NCBI RefSeq assembly: GCF_009914755.1
Contig: NC_060943.1
DNA length: 64,000 bases
DNA from: the human T2T-CHM13v2.0 reference genome, Homo sapiens
Strand: one strand, 5' to 3'
The position numbers and the translations under genes are program-made. The notes under the pieces are model-generated. The model did no database searches. It saw only the letters and a program-made list of their open reading frames with translations, and was not told where the DNA came from. Below, piece after piece: positions 1-12,900 of the stretch; positions within the stretch are counted from its first letter, which is position 1; each line of letters begins with the position of its first letter.

Positions 1-168
1 TGGTAGAAAAGGAAATATCTTCGTATAAAAACTAGACAGAATGATTCTCAGAAACTCCTTTGTGATGTGTGCGTTCAACTCACAGAGTTTAACCTTTCTT
101 TTCATAGAGCAGTTAGGAAACACTCTGTTGGTAAAGTCTGCAAGTGGATATTCAGACCTCTTTGAGGC

Positions 169-185
169 CTTCTTTGGAAACGGGA
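169..185 (+). other. Degenerate CENP-B box fixed in HOR dimer A (TTCG>TTCT)
   Basis: CTTCTTTGGAAACGGGA lacks the essential G of TTCG and recurs in every A dimer (169, 1869, 3569, ...). Confidence 0.92.
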
Positions 186-338
186 TTTCTTCATATTCTG
201 CTAGACAGAAGAATTCTCAGAAACTTCCTGGTGTTGCGTGTTTTCAACTCACAGAGTTCAACGATCCTTTACACAGAGTAGACTTGAAAAACTCTTTTTG
301 TTGAATTGGCCAGTGGAGATTTCAGCCGCTTTGAGGTC

Positions 339-355
339 AATGGTAGAAAAGGAAA
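339..355 (+). other. A-box (pJalpha-type) position of the J1 monomer, representative
   Basis: AATGGTAGAAAAGGAAA lies at the position homologous to the CENP-B box in the alternate monomer and resembles the A-type pJalpha motif. Protein binding cannot be determined from sequence. Confidence 0.6.
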
Positions 356-508
356 TATCTTCGTATAAAAACTAGACAGAATGATTCTCAGAAACTCCTT
401 TGTGATGTGTGCGTTCAACTCACAGAGTTTAACCTTTCTTTTCATAGAGCAGTTAGGAAACACTCTGGTTGTAAAGTCTGCAAGTGGATATTCAGACCTC
501 GTTGAGGC

Positions 509-525
509 CTTCGTTGGAAACGGGA
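509..525 (+). other. Canonical CENP-B box (representative; one site per dimer at dimer start +128)
   Basis: CTTCGTTGGAAACGGGA matches the 17-bp CENP-B box YTTCGTTGGAARCGGGA. The essential core NTTCGNNNNANNCGGGN is intact in dimers B, C, D and E. Confidence 0.97.
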
Positions 526-3500
526 TTTCTTCATATTATGCTAGACAGAAGAATTCTCAGTAACTTCCTTGTGTTGTGTGTATTCAACTCACAGTGTTGA
601 ACGATCCTTTACACAGAGCATACTTGAAACACTCTTGTTGTGGAATTTGCAAGTGGAGATTTCAGCCGCTTTGAGGTCAATGGTAGAATAGGAAATATCT
701 TCCTATAGAAACTAGACAGAATGATTCTCAGAAACTCCTTTGTGATGTGTGCGTTCAACTCACAGAGTTTAACCTTTCTTTTCATAGAGCAGTTAGGAAA
801 CACTCTGTTTGTAAAGTCTGCAAGTGGATATTCAGACACCTTTGAGGTTTTCGTAGGAAACGGGATTTCTTCATATTCTGCTAGACAGAAGAATTCTCAG
901 AAACTTCCTTGTGTTGTGTTTATTCAACTCACAGAGTCGAACGATCCTTTACTCAGAGCAGACTTGAAACACTCCATTTGTGGAATTTGCAAGTGTAGAT
1001 TTCAGCCGCTTTGAGGTCAATGGTAGAATAGGAAATATCTTCCTATGGAAACTAGACAGAATGATTCTCAGAAACTCCTTTGTGCTGTGTGCGTTCAGCT
1101 CACAGAGTTTAACCTTTCTTTTCATAGAGCAGTTAGGAAACACTCTATTTGTAAAGTCTGCAAGTGGATATTCAGACATCTTTGAGGCTTTCGTTGGAAA
1201 CGGGATTTCTTCATATTCTGCTAGACAGAAGAATTCTCAGAAACTTCCTTGTGTTGTGTGTTTTCAACTCACAGAGTTCAACGATCCATTACACAGAGTA
1301 GACTTGAAACACTCTTTTTGTGGAATTGGCAAGTGGAGATTTCAGCCGCTTTGAGGTCAATGGTAGAAAAGGAAATATCTTCGTATAAAAACTAGACAGA
1401 GTGATTCTCAGAAACTCCTTTGTGATGTCTGCGTTCAACTCACAGAGTTTAACCTTTCTTTTCATAGAGCAGTTAGGAAACACTCTGTTTGTAAAGTCTG
1501 CAAGTGCATATTCAGACCTCCTTGAGGCCTTCGTTGGAAACGGGATTTCTTCATATTCTGCTATACAGAAGAATTCTCAGAAACTTCCTTGTGTTTTGTG
1601 TATTCAACTCACAGAGTTGAACGATCCTTTACACAGAGCAGACTTGAAACACTCTTTTTGTGGAATTTGCAAGTGGAGATTTCAGCCGCTTTGAGGTCAA
1701 TGGTAGAAAAGGAAATATCTTCGTATAAAAACTAGACAGAATGATTCTCAGAAACTCCTTTGTGATGTGTGCGTTCAACTCACAGAGTTTAACCTTTCTT
1801 TTCATAGAGCAGTTAGGAAACACTCTGTTGGTAAAGTCTGCAAGTGGATATTCAGACCTCTTTGAGGCCTTCTTTGGAAACGGGTTTTCTTCATATTCTG
1901 CTAGACAGAAGAATTCTCAGAAACTTCCTGGTGTTGCGTGTTTTCAACTCACAGAGTTCAACGATCCTTTACACAGAGTAGACTTGAAAAACTCTTTTTG
2001 TTGAATTGGCCAGTGGAGATTTCAGCCGCTTTGAGGTCAATGGTAGAAAAGGAAATATCTTCGTATAAAAACTAGACAGAATGATTCTCAGAAACTCCTT
2101 TGTGATGTGTGCGTTCAACTCGCAGAGTTTAACCTTTCTTTTCATAGAGCAGTTAGGAAACACTCTGGTTGTAAAGTCTGCAAGTGGATATTCAGACCTC
2201 GTTGAGGCCTTCGTTGGAAACGGGATTTCTTCATATTATGCTAGACAGAAGAATTCTCAGTAACTTCCTTGTGTTGTGTGTATTCAACTCACAGTGTTGA
2301 ACGATCCTTTACACAGAGCATACTTGAAACACTCTTGTTGTGGAATTTGCAAGTGGAGATTTCAGCCGCTTTGAGGTCAATGGTAGAATAGGAAATATCT
2401 TCCTATAGAAACTAGACAGAATGATTCTCAGAAACTCCTTTGTGATGTGTGCGTTCAACTCACAGAGTTTAACCTTTCTTTTCATAGAGCAGTTAGGAAA
2501 CACTCTGTTTGTAAAGTCTGCAAGTGGATATTCAGACATCTTTGAGGTTTTCGTAGGAAACGGGATTTCTTCATATTCTGCTAGACAGAAGAATTCTCAG
2601 AAACTTCCTTGTGTTGTGTTTATTCAACTCACAGAGTCGAACGATCCTTTACTCAGAGCAGACTTGAAACACTCCATTTGTGGAATTTGCAAGTGGAGAT
2701 TTCAGCCGCTTTGAGGTCAATGGTAGAATAGTAAATATCTTCCTATGGAAACTAGACAGAATGATTCTCAGAAACTCCTTTGTGCTGTGTGCGTTCAGCT
2801 CACAGAGTTTAACCTTTCTTTTCATAGAGCAGTTAGGAAACACTCTGTTTGTAAAGTCTGCAAGTGGATATTCAGACATCTTTGAGGCTTTCGTTGGAAA
2901 CGGGATTTCTTCATATTCTGCTAGACAGAAGAATTCTCAGAAACTTCCTTGTGTTGTGTGTTTTCAACTCACAGAGTTCAACGATCCATTACACAGAGTA
3001 GACTTGAAACACTCTTTTTGTGGAATTGGCATGTGGAGATTTCAGCCGCTTTGAGGTCAATGGTAGAAAAGGAAATATCTTCGTATAAAAACTAGACAGA
3101 GTGATTCTCAGAAACTCCTTTGTGATGTCTGCGTTCAACTCACAGAGTTTAACCTTTCTTTTCATAGAGCAGTTAGGAAACACTCTGTTTGTAAAGTCTG
3201 CAAGTGCATATTCAGACCTCCTTGAGGCCTTCGTTGGAAACGGGATTTCTTCATATTCTGCTATACAGAAGAATTCTCAGAAACTTCCTTGTGTTTTGTG
3301 TATTCAACTCACAGAGTTGAACGATCCTTTACACAGAGCAGACTTGAAACACTCTTTTTGTGGAATTTGCAAGTGGAGATTTCAGCCGCTTTGAGGTCAA
3401 TGGTAGAAAAGGAAATATCTTCGTATAAAAACTAGACAGAATGATTCTCAGAAACTCCTTTGTGATGTGTGCGTTCAACTCACAGAGTTTAACCTTTCTT

Positions 3501-6500
3501 TTCATAGAGCAGTTAGGAAACACTCTGTTGGTAAAGTCTGCAAGTGGATATTCAGACCTCTTTGAGGCCTTCTTTGGAAACGGGATTTCTTCATATTCTG
3601 CTAGACAGAAGAATTCTCAGAAACTTCCTGGTGTTGCGTGTTTTCAACTCACAGAGTTCAACGATCCTTTACACAGAGTAGACTTGAAAAACTCTTTTTG
3701 TTGAATTGGCCAGTGGAGATTTCAGCCGCTTTGAGGTCAATGGTAGAAAAGGAAATATCTTCGTATAAAAACTAGACAGAATGATTCTCAGAAACTCCTT
3801 TGTGATGTGTGCGTTCAACTCGCAGAGTTTAACCTTTCTTTTCATAGAGCAGTTAGGAAACACTCTGGTTGTAAAGTCTGCAAGTGGATATTCAGACCTC
3901 GTTGAGGCCTTCGTTGGAAACGGGATTTCTTCATATTATGCTAGACAGAAGAATTCTCAGTAACTTCCTTGTGTTGTGTGTATTCAACTCACAGTGTTGA
4001 ACGATCCTTTACACAGAGCATACTTGAAACACTCTTGTTGTGGAATTTGCAAGTGGAGATTTCAGCCGCTTTGAGGTCAATGGTAGAATAGGAAATATCT
4101 TCCTATAGAAACTAGACAGAATGATTCTCAGAAACTCCTTTGTGATGTGTGCGTTCAACTCACAGAGTTTAACCTTTCTTTTCATAGAGCAGTTAGGAAA
4201 CACTCTGTTTGTAAAGTCTGCAAGTGGATATTCAGACACCTTTGAGGTTTTCGTAGGAAACGGGATTTCTTCATATTCTGCTAGACAGAAGAATTCTCAG
4301 AAACTTCCTTGTGTTGTGTTTATTCAACTCACAGAGTCGAACGATCCTTTACTCAGAGCAGACTTGAAACACTCCATTTGTGGAATTTGCAAGTGGAGAT
4401 TTCAGCCGCTTTGAGGTCAATGGTAGAATAGGAAATATCTTCCTATGGAAACTAGACAGAATGATTCTCAGAAACTCCTTTGTGCTGTGTGCGTTCAGCT
4501 CACAGAGTTTAACCTTTCTTTTCATAGAGCAGTTAGGAAACACTCTGTTTGTAAAGTCTGCAAGTGGATATTCAGACATCTTTGAGGCTTTCGTTGGAAA
4601 CGGGATTTCTTCATATTCTGCTAGACAGAAGAATTCTCAGAAACTTCCTTGTGTTGTGTGTTTTCAACTCACAGAGTTCAACGATCCATTACACAGAGTA
4701 GACTTGAAACACTCTTTTTGTGGAATTGGCAAGTGGAGATTTCAGCCGCTTTGAGGTCAATGGAAGAAAAGGAAATATCTTCGTATAAAAACTAGACAGA
4801 GTGATTCTCAGAAACTCCTTTGTGATGTCTGCGTTCAACTCACAGAGTTTAACCTTTCTTTTCATAGAGCAGTTAGGAAACACTCTGTTTGTAAAGTCTG
4901 CAAGTGCATATTCAGACCTCCTTGAGGCCTTCGTTGGAAACGGGATTTCTTCATATTCTGCTATACAGAAGAATTCTCAGAAACTTCCTTGTGTTTTGTG
5001 TATTCAACTCACAGAGTTGAACGATCCTTTACACAGAGCAGACTTGAAACACTCTTTTTGTGGAATTTGCAAGTGGAGATTTCAGCCGCTTTGAGGTCAA
5101 TGGTAGAAAAGGAAATATCTTCGTATAAAAACTAGACAGAATGATTCTCAGAAACTCCTTTGTGATGTGTGCGTTCAACTCACAGAGTTTAACCTTTCTT
5201 TTCATAGAGCAGTTAGGAAACACTCTGTTGGTAAAGTCTGCAAGTGGATATTCAGACCTCTTTGAGGCCTTCTTTGGAAACGGGATTTCTTCATATTCTG
5301 CTAGACAGAAGAATTCTCAGAAACTTCCTGGTGTTGCGTGTTTTCAACTCACAGAGTTCAACGATCCTTTACACAGAGTAGACTTGAAAAACTCTTTTTG
5401 TTGAATTGGCCAGTGGAGATTTCAGCCGCTTTGAGGTCAATGGTAGAAAAGGAAATATCTTCGTATAAAAACTAGACAGAATGATTCTCAGAAACTCCTT
5501 TGTGATGTGTGCGTTCAACTCGCAGAGTTTAACCTTTCTTTTCATAGAGCAGTTAGGAAACACTCTGGTTGTAAAGTCTGCAAGTGGATATTCAGACCTC
5601 GTTGAGGCCTTCGTTGGAAACGGGATTTCTTCATATTATGCTAGACAGAAGAATTCTCAGTAACTTCCTTGTGTTGTGTGTATTCAACTCACAGTGTTGA
5701 ACGATCCTTTACACAGAGCATACTTGAAACACTCTTGTTGTGGAATTTGCAAGTGGAGATTTCAGCCGCTTTGAGGTCAATGGTAGAATAGGAAATATCT
5801 TCCTATAGAAACTAGACAGAATGATTCTCAGAAACTCCTTTGTGATGTGTGCGTTCAACTCACAGAGTTTAACCTTTCTTTTCATAGAGCAGTTAGGAAA
5901 CACTCTGTTTGTAAAGTCTGCAAGTGGATATTCAGACATCTTTGAGGTTTTCGTAGGAAACGGGATTTCTTCATATTCTGCTAGACAGAAGAATTCTCAG
6001 AAACTTCCTTGTGTTGTGTTTATTCAACTCACAGAGTCGAACGATCCTTTACTCAGAGCAGACTTGAAACACTCCATTTGTGGAATTTGCAAGTGGAGAT
6101 TTCAGCCGCTTTGAGGTCAATGGTAGAATAGGAAATATCTTCCTATGGAAACTAGACAGAATGATTCTCAGAAACTCCTTTGTGCTGTGTGCGTTCAGCT
6201 CACAGAGTTTAACCTTTCTTTTCATAGAGCAGTTAGGAAACACTCTGTTTGTAAAGTCTGCAAGTGGATATTCAGACATCTTTGAGGCTTTCGTTGGAAA
6301 CGGGATTTCTTCATATTCTGCTAGACAGAAGAATTCTCAGAAACTTCCTTGTGTTGTGTGTTTTCAACTCACAGAGTTCAACGATCCATTACACAGAGTA
6401 GACTTGAAACAATCTTTTTGTGGAATTGGCAAGTGGAGATTTCAGCCGCTTTGAGGTCAATGGTAGAAAAGGAAATATCTTCGTATAAAAACTAGACAGA

Positions 6501-8540
6501 GTGATTCTCAGAAACTCCTTTGTGATGTCTGCGTTCAACTCACAGAGTTTAACCTTTCTTTTCATAGAGCAGTTAGGAAACACTCTGTTTGTAAAGTCTG
6601 CAAGTGCATATTCAGACCTCCTTGAGGCCTTCGTTGGAAACGGGATTTCTTCATATTCTGCTATACAGAAGAATTCTCAGAAACTTCCTTGTGTTTTGTG
6701 TATTCAACTCACAGAGTTGAACGATCCTTTACACAGAGCAGACTTGAAACACTCTTTTTGTGGAATTTGCAAGTGGAGATTTCAGCCGCTTTGAGGTCAA
6801 TGGTAGAAAAGGAAATATCTTCGTATAAAAACTAGACAGAATGATTCTCAGAAACTCCTTTGTGATGTGTGCGTTCAACTCACAGAGTTTAACCTTTCTT
6901 TTCATAGAGCAGTTAGGAAACACTCTGTTGGTAAAGTCTGCAAGTGGATATTCAGACCTCTTTGAGGCCTTCTTTGGAAACGGGATTTCTTCATATTCTG
7001 CTAGACAGAAGAATTCTCAGAAACTTCCTGGTGTTGCGTGTTTTCAACTCACAGAGTTCAACGATCCTTTACACAGAGTAGACTTGAAAAACTCTTTTTG
7101 TTGAATTGGCCAGTGGAGATTTCAGCCGCTTTGAGGTCAATGGTAGAAAAGGAAATATCTTCGTATAAAAACTAGACAGAATGATTCTCAGAAACTCCTT
7201 TGTGATGTGTGCGTTCAACTCGCAGAGTTTAACCTTTCTTTTCATAGAGCAGTTAGGAAACACTCTGGTTGTAAAGTCTGCAAGTGGATATTCAGACCTC
7301 GTTGAGGCCTTCGTTGGAAACGGGATTTCTTCATATTATGCTAGACAGAAGAATTCTCAGTAACTTCCTTGTGTTGTGTGTATTCAACTCACAGTGTTGA
7401 ACGATCCTTTACACAGAGCATACTTGAAACACTCTTGTTGTGGAATTTGCAAGTGGAGATTTCAGCCGCTTTGAGGTCAATGGTAGAATAGGAAATATCT
7501 TCCTATAGAAACTAGACAGAATGATTCTCAGAAACTCCTTTGTGATGTGTGCGTTCAACTCACAGAGTTTAACCTTTCTTTTCATAGAGCAGTTAGGAAA
7601 CACTCTGTTTGTAAAGTCTGCAAGTGGATATTCAGACATCTTTGAGGTTTTCGTAGGAAACGGGATTTCTTCATATTCTGCTAGACAGAAGAATTCTCAG
7701 AAACTTCCTTGTGTTGTGTTTATTCAACTCACAGAGTCGAACGATCCTTTACTCAGAGCAGACTTGAAACACTCCATTTGTGGAATTTGCAAGTGGAGAT
7801 TTCAGCCGCTTTGAGGTCAATGGTAGAATAGGAAATATCTTCCTATGGAAACTAGACAGAATGATTCTCAGAAACTCCTTTGTGCTGTGTGCGTTCAGCT
7901 CACAGAGTTTAACCTTTCTTTTCATAGAGCAGTTAGGAAACACTCTGTTTGTAATGTCTGCAAGTGGATATTCAGACATCTTTGAGGCTTTCGTTGGAAA
8001 CGGGATTTCTTCATATTCTGCAAGACAGAAGAATTCTCAGAAACTTCCTTGTGTTGTGTGTTTTCAACTCACAGAGTTCAACGATCCATTACACAGAGTA
8101 GACTTGAAACACTCTTTTTGTGGAATTGGCAAGTGGAGATTTCAGCCGCTTTGAGGTCAATGGTAGAAAAGGAAATATCTTCGTATAAAAACTAGACAGA
8201 GTGATTCTCAGAAACTCCTTTGTGATGTCTGCGTTCAACTCACAGAGTTTAACCTTTCTTTTCATAGAGCAGTTAGGAAACACTCTGTTTGTAAAGTCTG
8301 CAAGTGCATATTCAGACCTCCTTGAGGCCTTCGTTGGAAACGGGATTTCTTCATATTCTGCTATACAGAAGAATTCTCAGAAACTTCCTTGTGTTTTGTG
8401 TATTCAACTCACAGAGTTGAACGATCCTTTACACAGAGCAGACTTGAAACACTCTTTTTGTGGAATTTGCAAGTGGAGATTTCAGCCGCTTTGAGGTCAA
8501 TGGTAGAAAAGGAAATATCTTCGTATAAAAACTAGACAGA

Positions 8541-9900
8541 ATGATTCTCAGAAACTCCTTTGTGATGTGTGCGTTCAACTCACAGAGTTTAACCTTTCTT
8601 TTCATAGAGCAGTTAGGAAACACTCTGTTGGTAAAGTCTGCAAGTGGATATTCAGACCTCTTTGAGGCCTTCTTTGGAAACGGAATTTCTTCATATTCTG
8701 CTAGACAGAAGAATTCTCAGAAACTTCCTGGTGTTGCCTGTTTTCAACTCACAGAGTTCAACGATCCTTTACACAGAGTAGACTTGAAAAACTCTTTTTG
8801 TTGAATTGGCCAGTGGAGATTTGAGCCGCTTTGAGGTCAATGGTAGAAAAGGAAATATCTTCGTATAAAAACTAGACAGAATGATTCTCAGAAACTCCTT
8901 TGTGATGTGTGCGTTCAACTCGCAGAGTTTAACCTTTCTTTTCATAGAGCAGTTAGGAAACACTCTGGTTGTAAAGTCTGCAAGTGGATATTCAGACCTC
9001 GTTGAGGCCTTCGTTGGAAACGGGATTTCTTCATATTATGCTAGACAGAAGAATTCTCAGTAACTTCCTTGTGTTGTGTGTATTCAACTCACAGAGTTGA
9101 ACGATCCTTTACACAGAGCATACTTGAAACACTCTTCTTGTGGAATTTGCAAGTGGAGATTTCAGCCGCTTTGAGGTCAATGGTAGAATAGGAAATATCT
9201 TCCTATAGAAACTAGACAGAATGATTCTCAGAAACTCCTTTGTGATGTGTGCGTTCAACTCACAGAGTTTAACCTTTCTTTTCATAGAGCAGTTAGGAAA
9301 CACTCTGTTTGTAATGTCTGCAAGTGGATATTCAGACCTCTTTGAGGCCTTTGTTGGAAACGGGATTTCTTCATATTCTGCTAGACAGAAGAATTCTCAG
9401 AAACTTCCTGGTGTTGTGTGTTTTCAACTCACAGAGTTCAACGATCCTTTACACAGAGTAGACTTGAAACACTCTTTTTGTTGAATTGGCAAGTGGAGAT
9501 TTCAGCTGCTTTGACGTCAATGGTAGAAAAGGAAATATCTTCGTATAAAAACTAGACAGAGTGATTCTCAGAAACTCCTTTGTGATGTCTGCGTTCAACT
9601 CACAGAGTTTAACCTTTCTTTTCATAGAGCAGTTAGGAAACACTCTGTTTGTAAAGTCTGCAAGTGCATATTCAGACCTCCTTGAGGCCTTCGTTGGAAA
9701 CGGGATTTCTTCATATTCTGCTAGACAGAAGAATTCTCAGAAACTTCCTGGTGTTGCGTGTTTTCAACTCACAGAGTTCAACGATCCTTTACACAGAGTA
9801 GACTTGAAAAACTCTTTTTGTTGAATTGGCCAGTGGAGATTTCAGCCGCTTTGAGGTCAATGGTAGAAAAGGAAATATCTTCGTATAAAAACTAGACAGA
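8541..9900 (+). repeat. Structural variant segment A-B'-F-(E/A chimera) interrupting the canonical HOR
   Basis: Dimer 9221 (F) has GTAATGTCTG, CCTTTGTTGG, CCTGGTGTTGTG and TTCAGCTGCT in place of C+D. Dimer 9561 begins as E (AAGTGCATA) and ends as A (CCTGGTGTTGCGTG, TTGAATTGGCCAG). Confidence 0.85.
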
Positions 9901-12900
9901 ATGATTCTCAGAAACTCCTTTGTGATGTGTGCGTTCAACTCGCAGAGTTTAACCTTTCTTTTCATAGAGCAGTTAGGAAACACTCTGGTTGTAAAGTCTG
10001 CAAGTGGATATTCAGACCTCGTTGAGGCCTTCGTTGGAAACGGGATTTCTTCATATTATGCTAGACAGAAGAATTCTCAGTAACTTCCTTGTGTTGTGTG
10101 TATTCAACTCACAGTGTTGAACGATCCTTTACACAGAGCATACTTGAAACACTCTTGTTGTGGAATTTGCAAGTGGAGATTTCAGCCGCTTTGAGGTCAA
10201 TGGTAGAATAGGAAATATCTTCCTATAGAAACTAGACAGAATGATTCTCAGAAACTCCTTTGTGATGTGTGCGTTCAACTCACAGAGTTTAACCTTTCTT
10301 TTCATAGAGCAGTTAGGAAACACTCTGTTTGTAAAGTCTGCAAGTGGATATTCAGACATCTTTGAGGTTTTCGTAGGAAACGGGATTTCTTCATATTCTG
10401 CTAGACAGAAGAATTCTCAGAAACTTCCTTGTGTTGTGTTTATTCAACTCACAGAGTCGAACGATCCTTTACTCAGAGCAGACTTGAAACACTCCATTTG
10501 TGGAATTTGCAAGTGGAGATTTCAGCCGCTTTGAGGTCAATGGTAGAATAGGAAATATCTTCCTATGGAAACTAGACAGAATGATTCTCAGAAACTCCTT
10601 TGTGCTGTGTGCGTTCAGCTCACAGAGTTTAACCTTTCTTTTCATAGAGCAGTTAGGAAACACTCTGTTTGTAAAGTCTGCAAGTGGATATTCAGACATC
10701 TTTGAGGCTTTCGTTGGAAACGGGATTTCTTCATATTCTGCTAGACAGAAGAATTCTCAGAAACTTCCTTGTGTTGTGTGTTTTCAACTCACAGAGTTCA
10801 ACGATCCATTACACAGAGTATACTTGAAACACTCTTTTTGTGGAATTGGCAAGTGGAGATTTCAGCCGCTTTGAGGTCAATGGTAGAAAAGGAAATATCT
10901 TCGTATAAAAACTAGACAGAGTGATTCTCAGAAACTCCTTTGTGATGTCTGCGTTCAACTCACAGAGTTTAACCTTTCTTTTCATAGAGCAGTTAGGAAA
11001 CACTCTGTTTGTAAAGTCTGCAGGTGCATATTCAGACCTCCTTGAGGCCTTAGTTGGAAACGGGATTTCTTCATATTCTGCTATACAGAAGAATTCTCAG
11101 AAACTTCCTTGTGTTTTGTGTATTCAACTCACAGAGTTGAACGATCCTTTACACAGAGCAGACTTGAAACACTCTTTTTGTGGAATTTGCAAGTGGAGAT
11201 TTCAGCCGCTTTGAGGTCAATGGTAGAAAAGGAAATATCTTCGTATAAAAACTAGACAGAATGATTCTCAGAAACTCCTTTGTGATGTGTGCGTTCAACT
11301 CACAGAGTTTAACCTTTCTTTTCATAGAGCAGTTAGGAAACACTCTGTTGGTAAAGTCTGCAAGTGGATATTCAGACCTCTTTGAGGCCTTCTTTGGAAA
11401 CGGGATTTCTTCATATTCTGCTAGACAGAAGAATTCTCAGAAACTTCCTGGTGTTGCGTGTTTTCAACTCACAGAGTTCAACGATCCTTTACACAGAGTA
11501 GACTTGAAAAACTCTTTTTGTTGAATTGGCCAGTGGAGATTTCAGCCGCTTTGAGGTCAATGGTAGAAAAGGAAATATCTTCGTATAAAAACTAGACAGA
11601 ATGATTCTCAGAAACTCCTTTGTGATGTGTGCGTTCAACTCGCAGAGTTTAACCTTTCTTTTCATAGAGCAGTTAGGAAACACTCTGGTTGTAAAGTCTG
11701 CAAGTGGATATTCAGACCTCGTTGAGGCCTTCGTTGGAAACGGGATTTCTTCATATTATGCTAGACAGAAGAATTCTCAGTAACTTCCTTGTGTTGTGTG
11801 TATTCAACTCACAGTGTTGAACGATCCTTTACACAGAGCATACTTGAAACACTCTTGTTGTGGAATTTGCAAGTGGAGATTTCAGCCGCTTTGAGGTCAA
11901 TGGTAGAATAGGAAATATCTTCCTATAGAAACTAGACAGAATGATTCTCAGAAACTCCTTTGTGATGTGTGCGTTCAACTCACAGAGTTTAACCTTTCTT
12001 TTCATAGAGCAGTTAGGAAACACTCTGTTTGTAAAGTCTGCAAGTGGATATTCAGACATCTTTGAGGTTTTCGTAGGAAACGGGATTTCTTCATATTCTG
12101 CTAGACAGAAGAATTCTCAGAAACTTCCTTGTGTTGTGTTTATTCAACTCACAGAGTCGAACGATCCTTTACTCAGAGCAGACTTGAAACACTCCATTTG
12201 TGGAATTTGCAAGTGGAGATTTCAGCCGCTTTGAGGTCAATGGTAGAATAGGAAATATCTTCCTATGGAAACTAGACAGAATGATTCTCAGAAACTCCTT
12301 TGTGCTGTGTGCGTTCAGCTCACAGAGTTTAACCTTTCTTTTCATAGAGCAGTTAGGAAACACTCTGTTTGTAAAGTCTGCAAGTGGATATTGAGACATC
12401 TTTGAGGCTTTCGTTGGAAACGGGATTTCTTCATATTCTGCTAGACAGAAGAATTCTCAGAAACTTCCTTGTGTTGTGTGTTTTCAACTCACAGAGTTCA
12501 ACGATCCATTACACAGAGTAGACTTGAAACACTCTTTTTGTGGAATTGGCAAGTGGAGATTTCAGCCGCTTTGAGGTCAATGGTAGAAAAGGAAATATCT
12601 TCGTATAAAAACTAGACAGAGTGATTCTCAGAAACTCCTTTGTGATGTCTGCGTTCAACTCACAGAGTTTAACCTTTCTTTTCATAGAGCAGTTAGGAAA
12701 CACTCTGTTTGTAAAGTCTGCAAGTGCATATTCAGACCTCCTTGAGGCCTTCGTTGGAAACGGGATTTCTTCATATTCTGCTATACAGAAGAATTCTCAG
12801 AAACTTCCTTGTGTTTTGTGTGTTCAACTCACAGAGTTGAACGATCCTTTACACAGAGCAGACTTGAAACACTCTTTTTGTGGAATTTGCAAGTGGAGAT

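Larger units (their letters stand above)
41..8540 (+). repeat. Five consecutive canonical 1700-bp 10-mer HOR copies (dimers A-B-C-D-E), D16Z2/S1C16H1L-like
   Basis: Diagnostic variants recur at exactly 1700 bp. A: CTGTTGGTAAAG, TTCTTTGG, TTGAATTGGCCAG. B: CTCTGGTT, CGTTGAGG, ACAGTGTTG. C: TCGTAGG, GAGTCGA, ACTCCATTTG. D: GTGCTGTG, TTCAGCT, GATCCATT. E: GTGATTCTC, AAGTGCATA, GTGTTTTGTG. Copies start at 41, 1741, 3441, 5141 and 6841. The chr16 assignment rests only on the known 1.7-kb SF1 HOR size, not on a search. Confidence 0.85.

Noticed and set aside
363-372. TATA-like GTATAAAAA once in many dimers
   Set aside because: It is part of the standard alphoid monomer end. Alpha satellite can be transcribed, but no promoter can be supported from this sequence.
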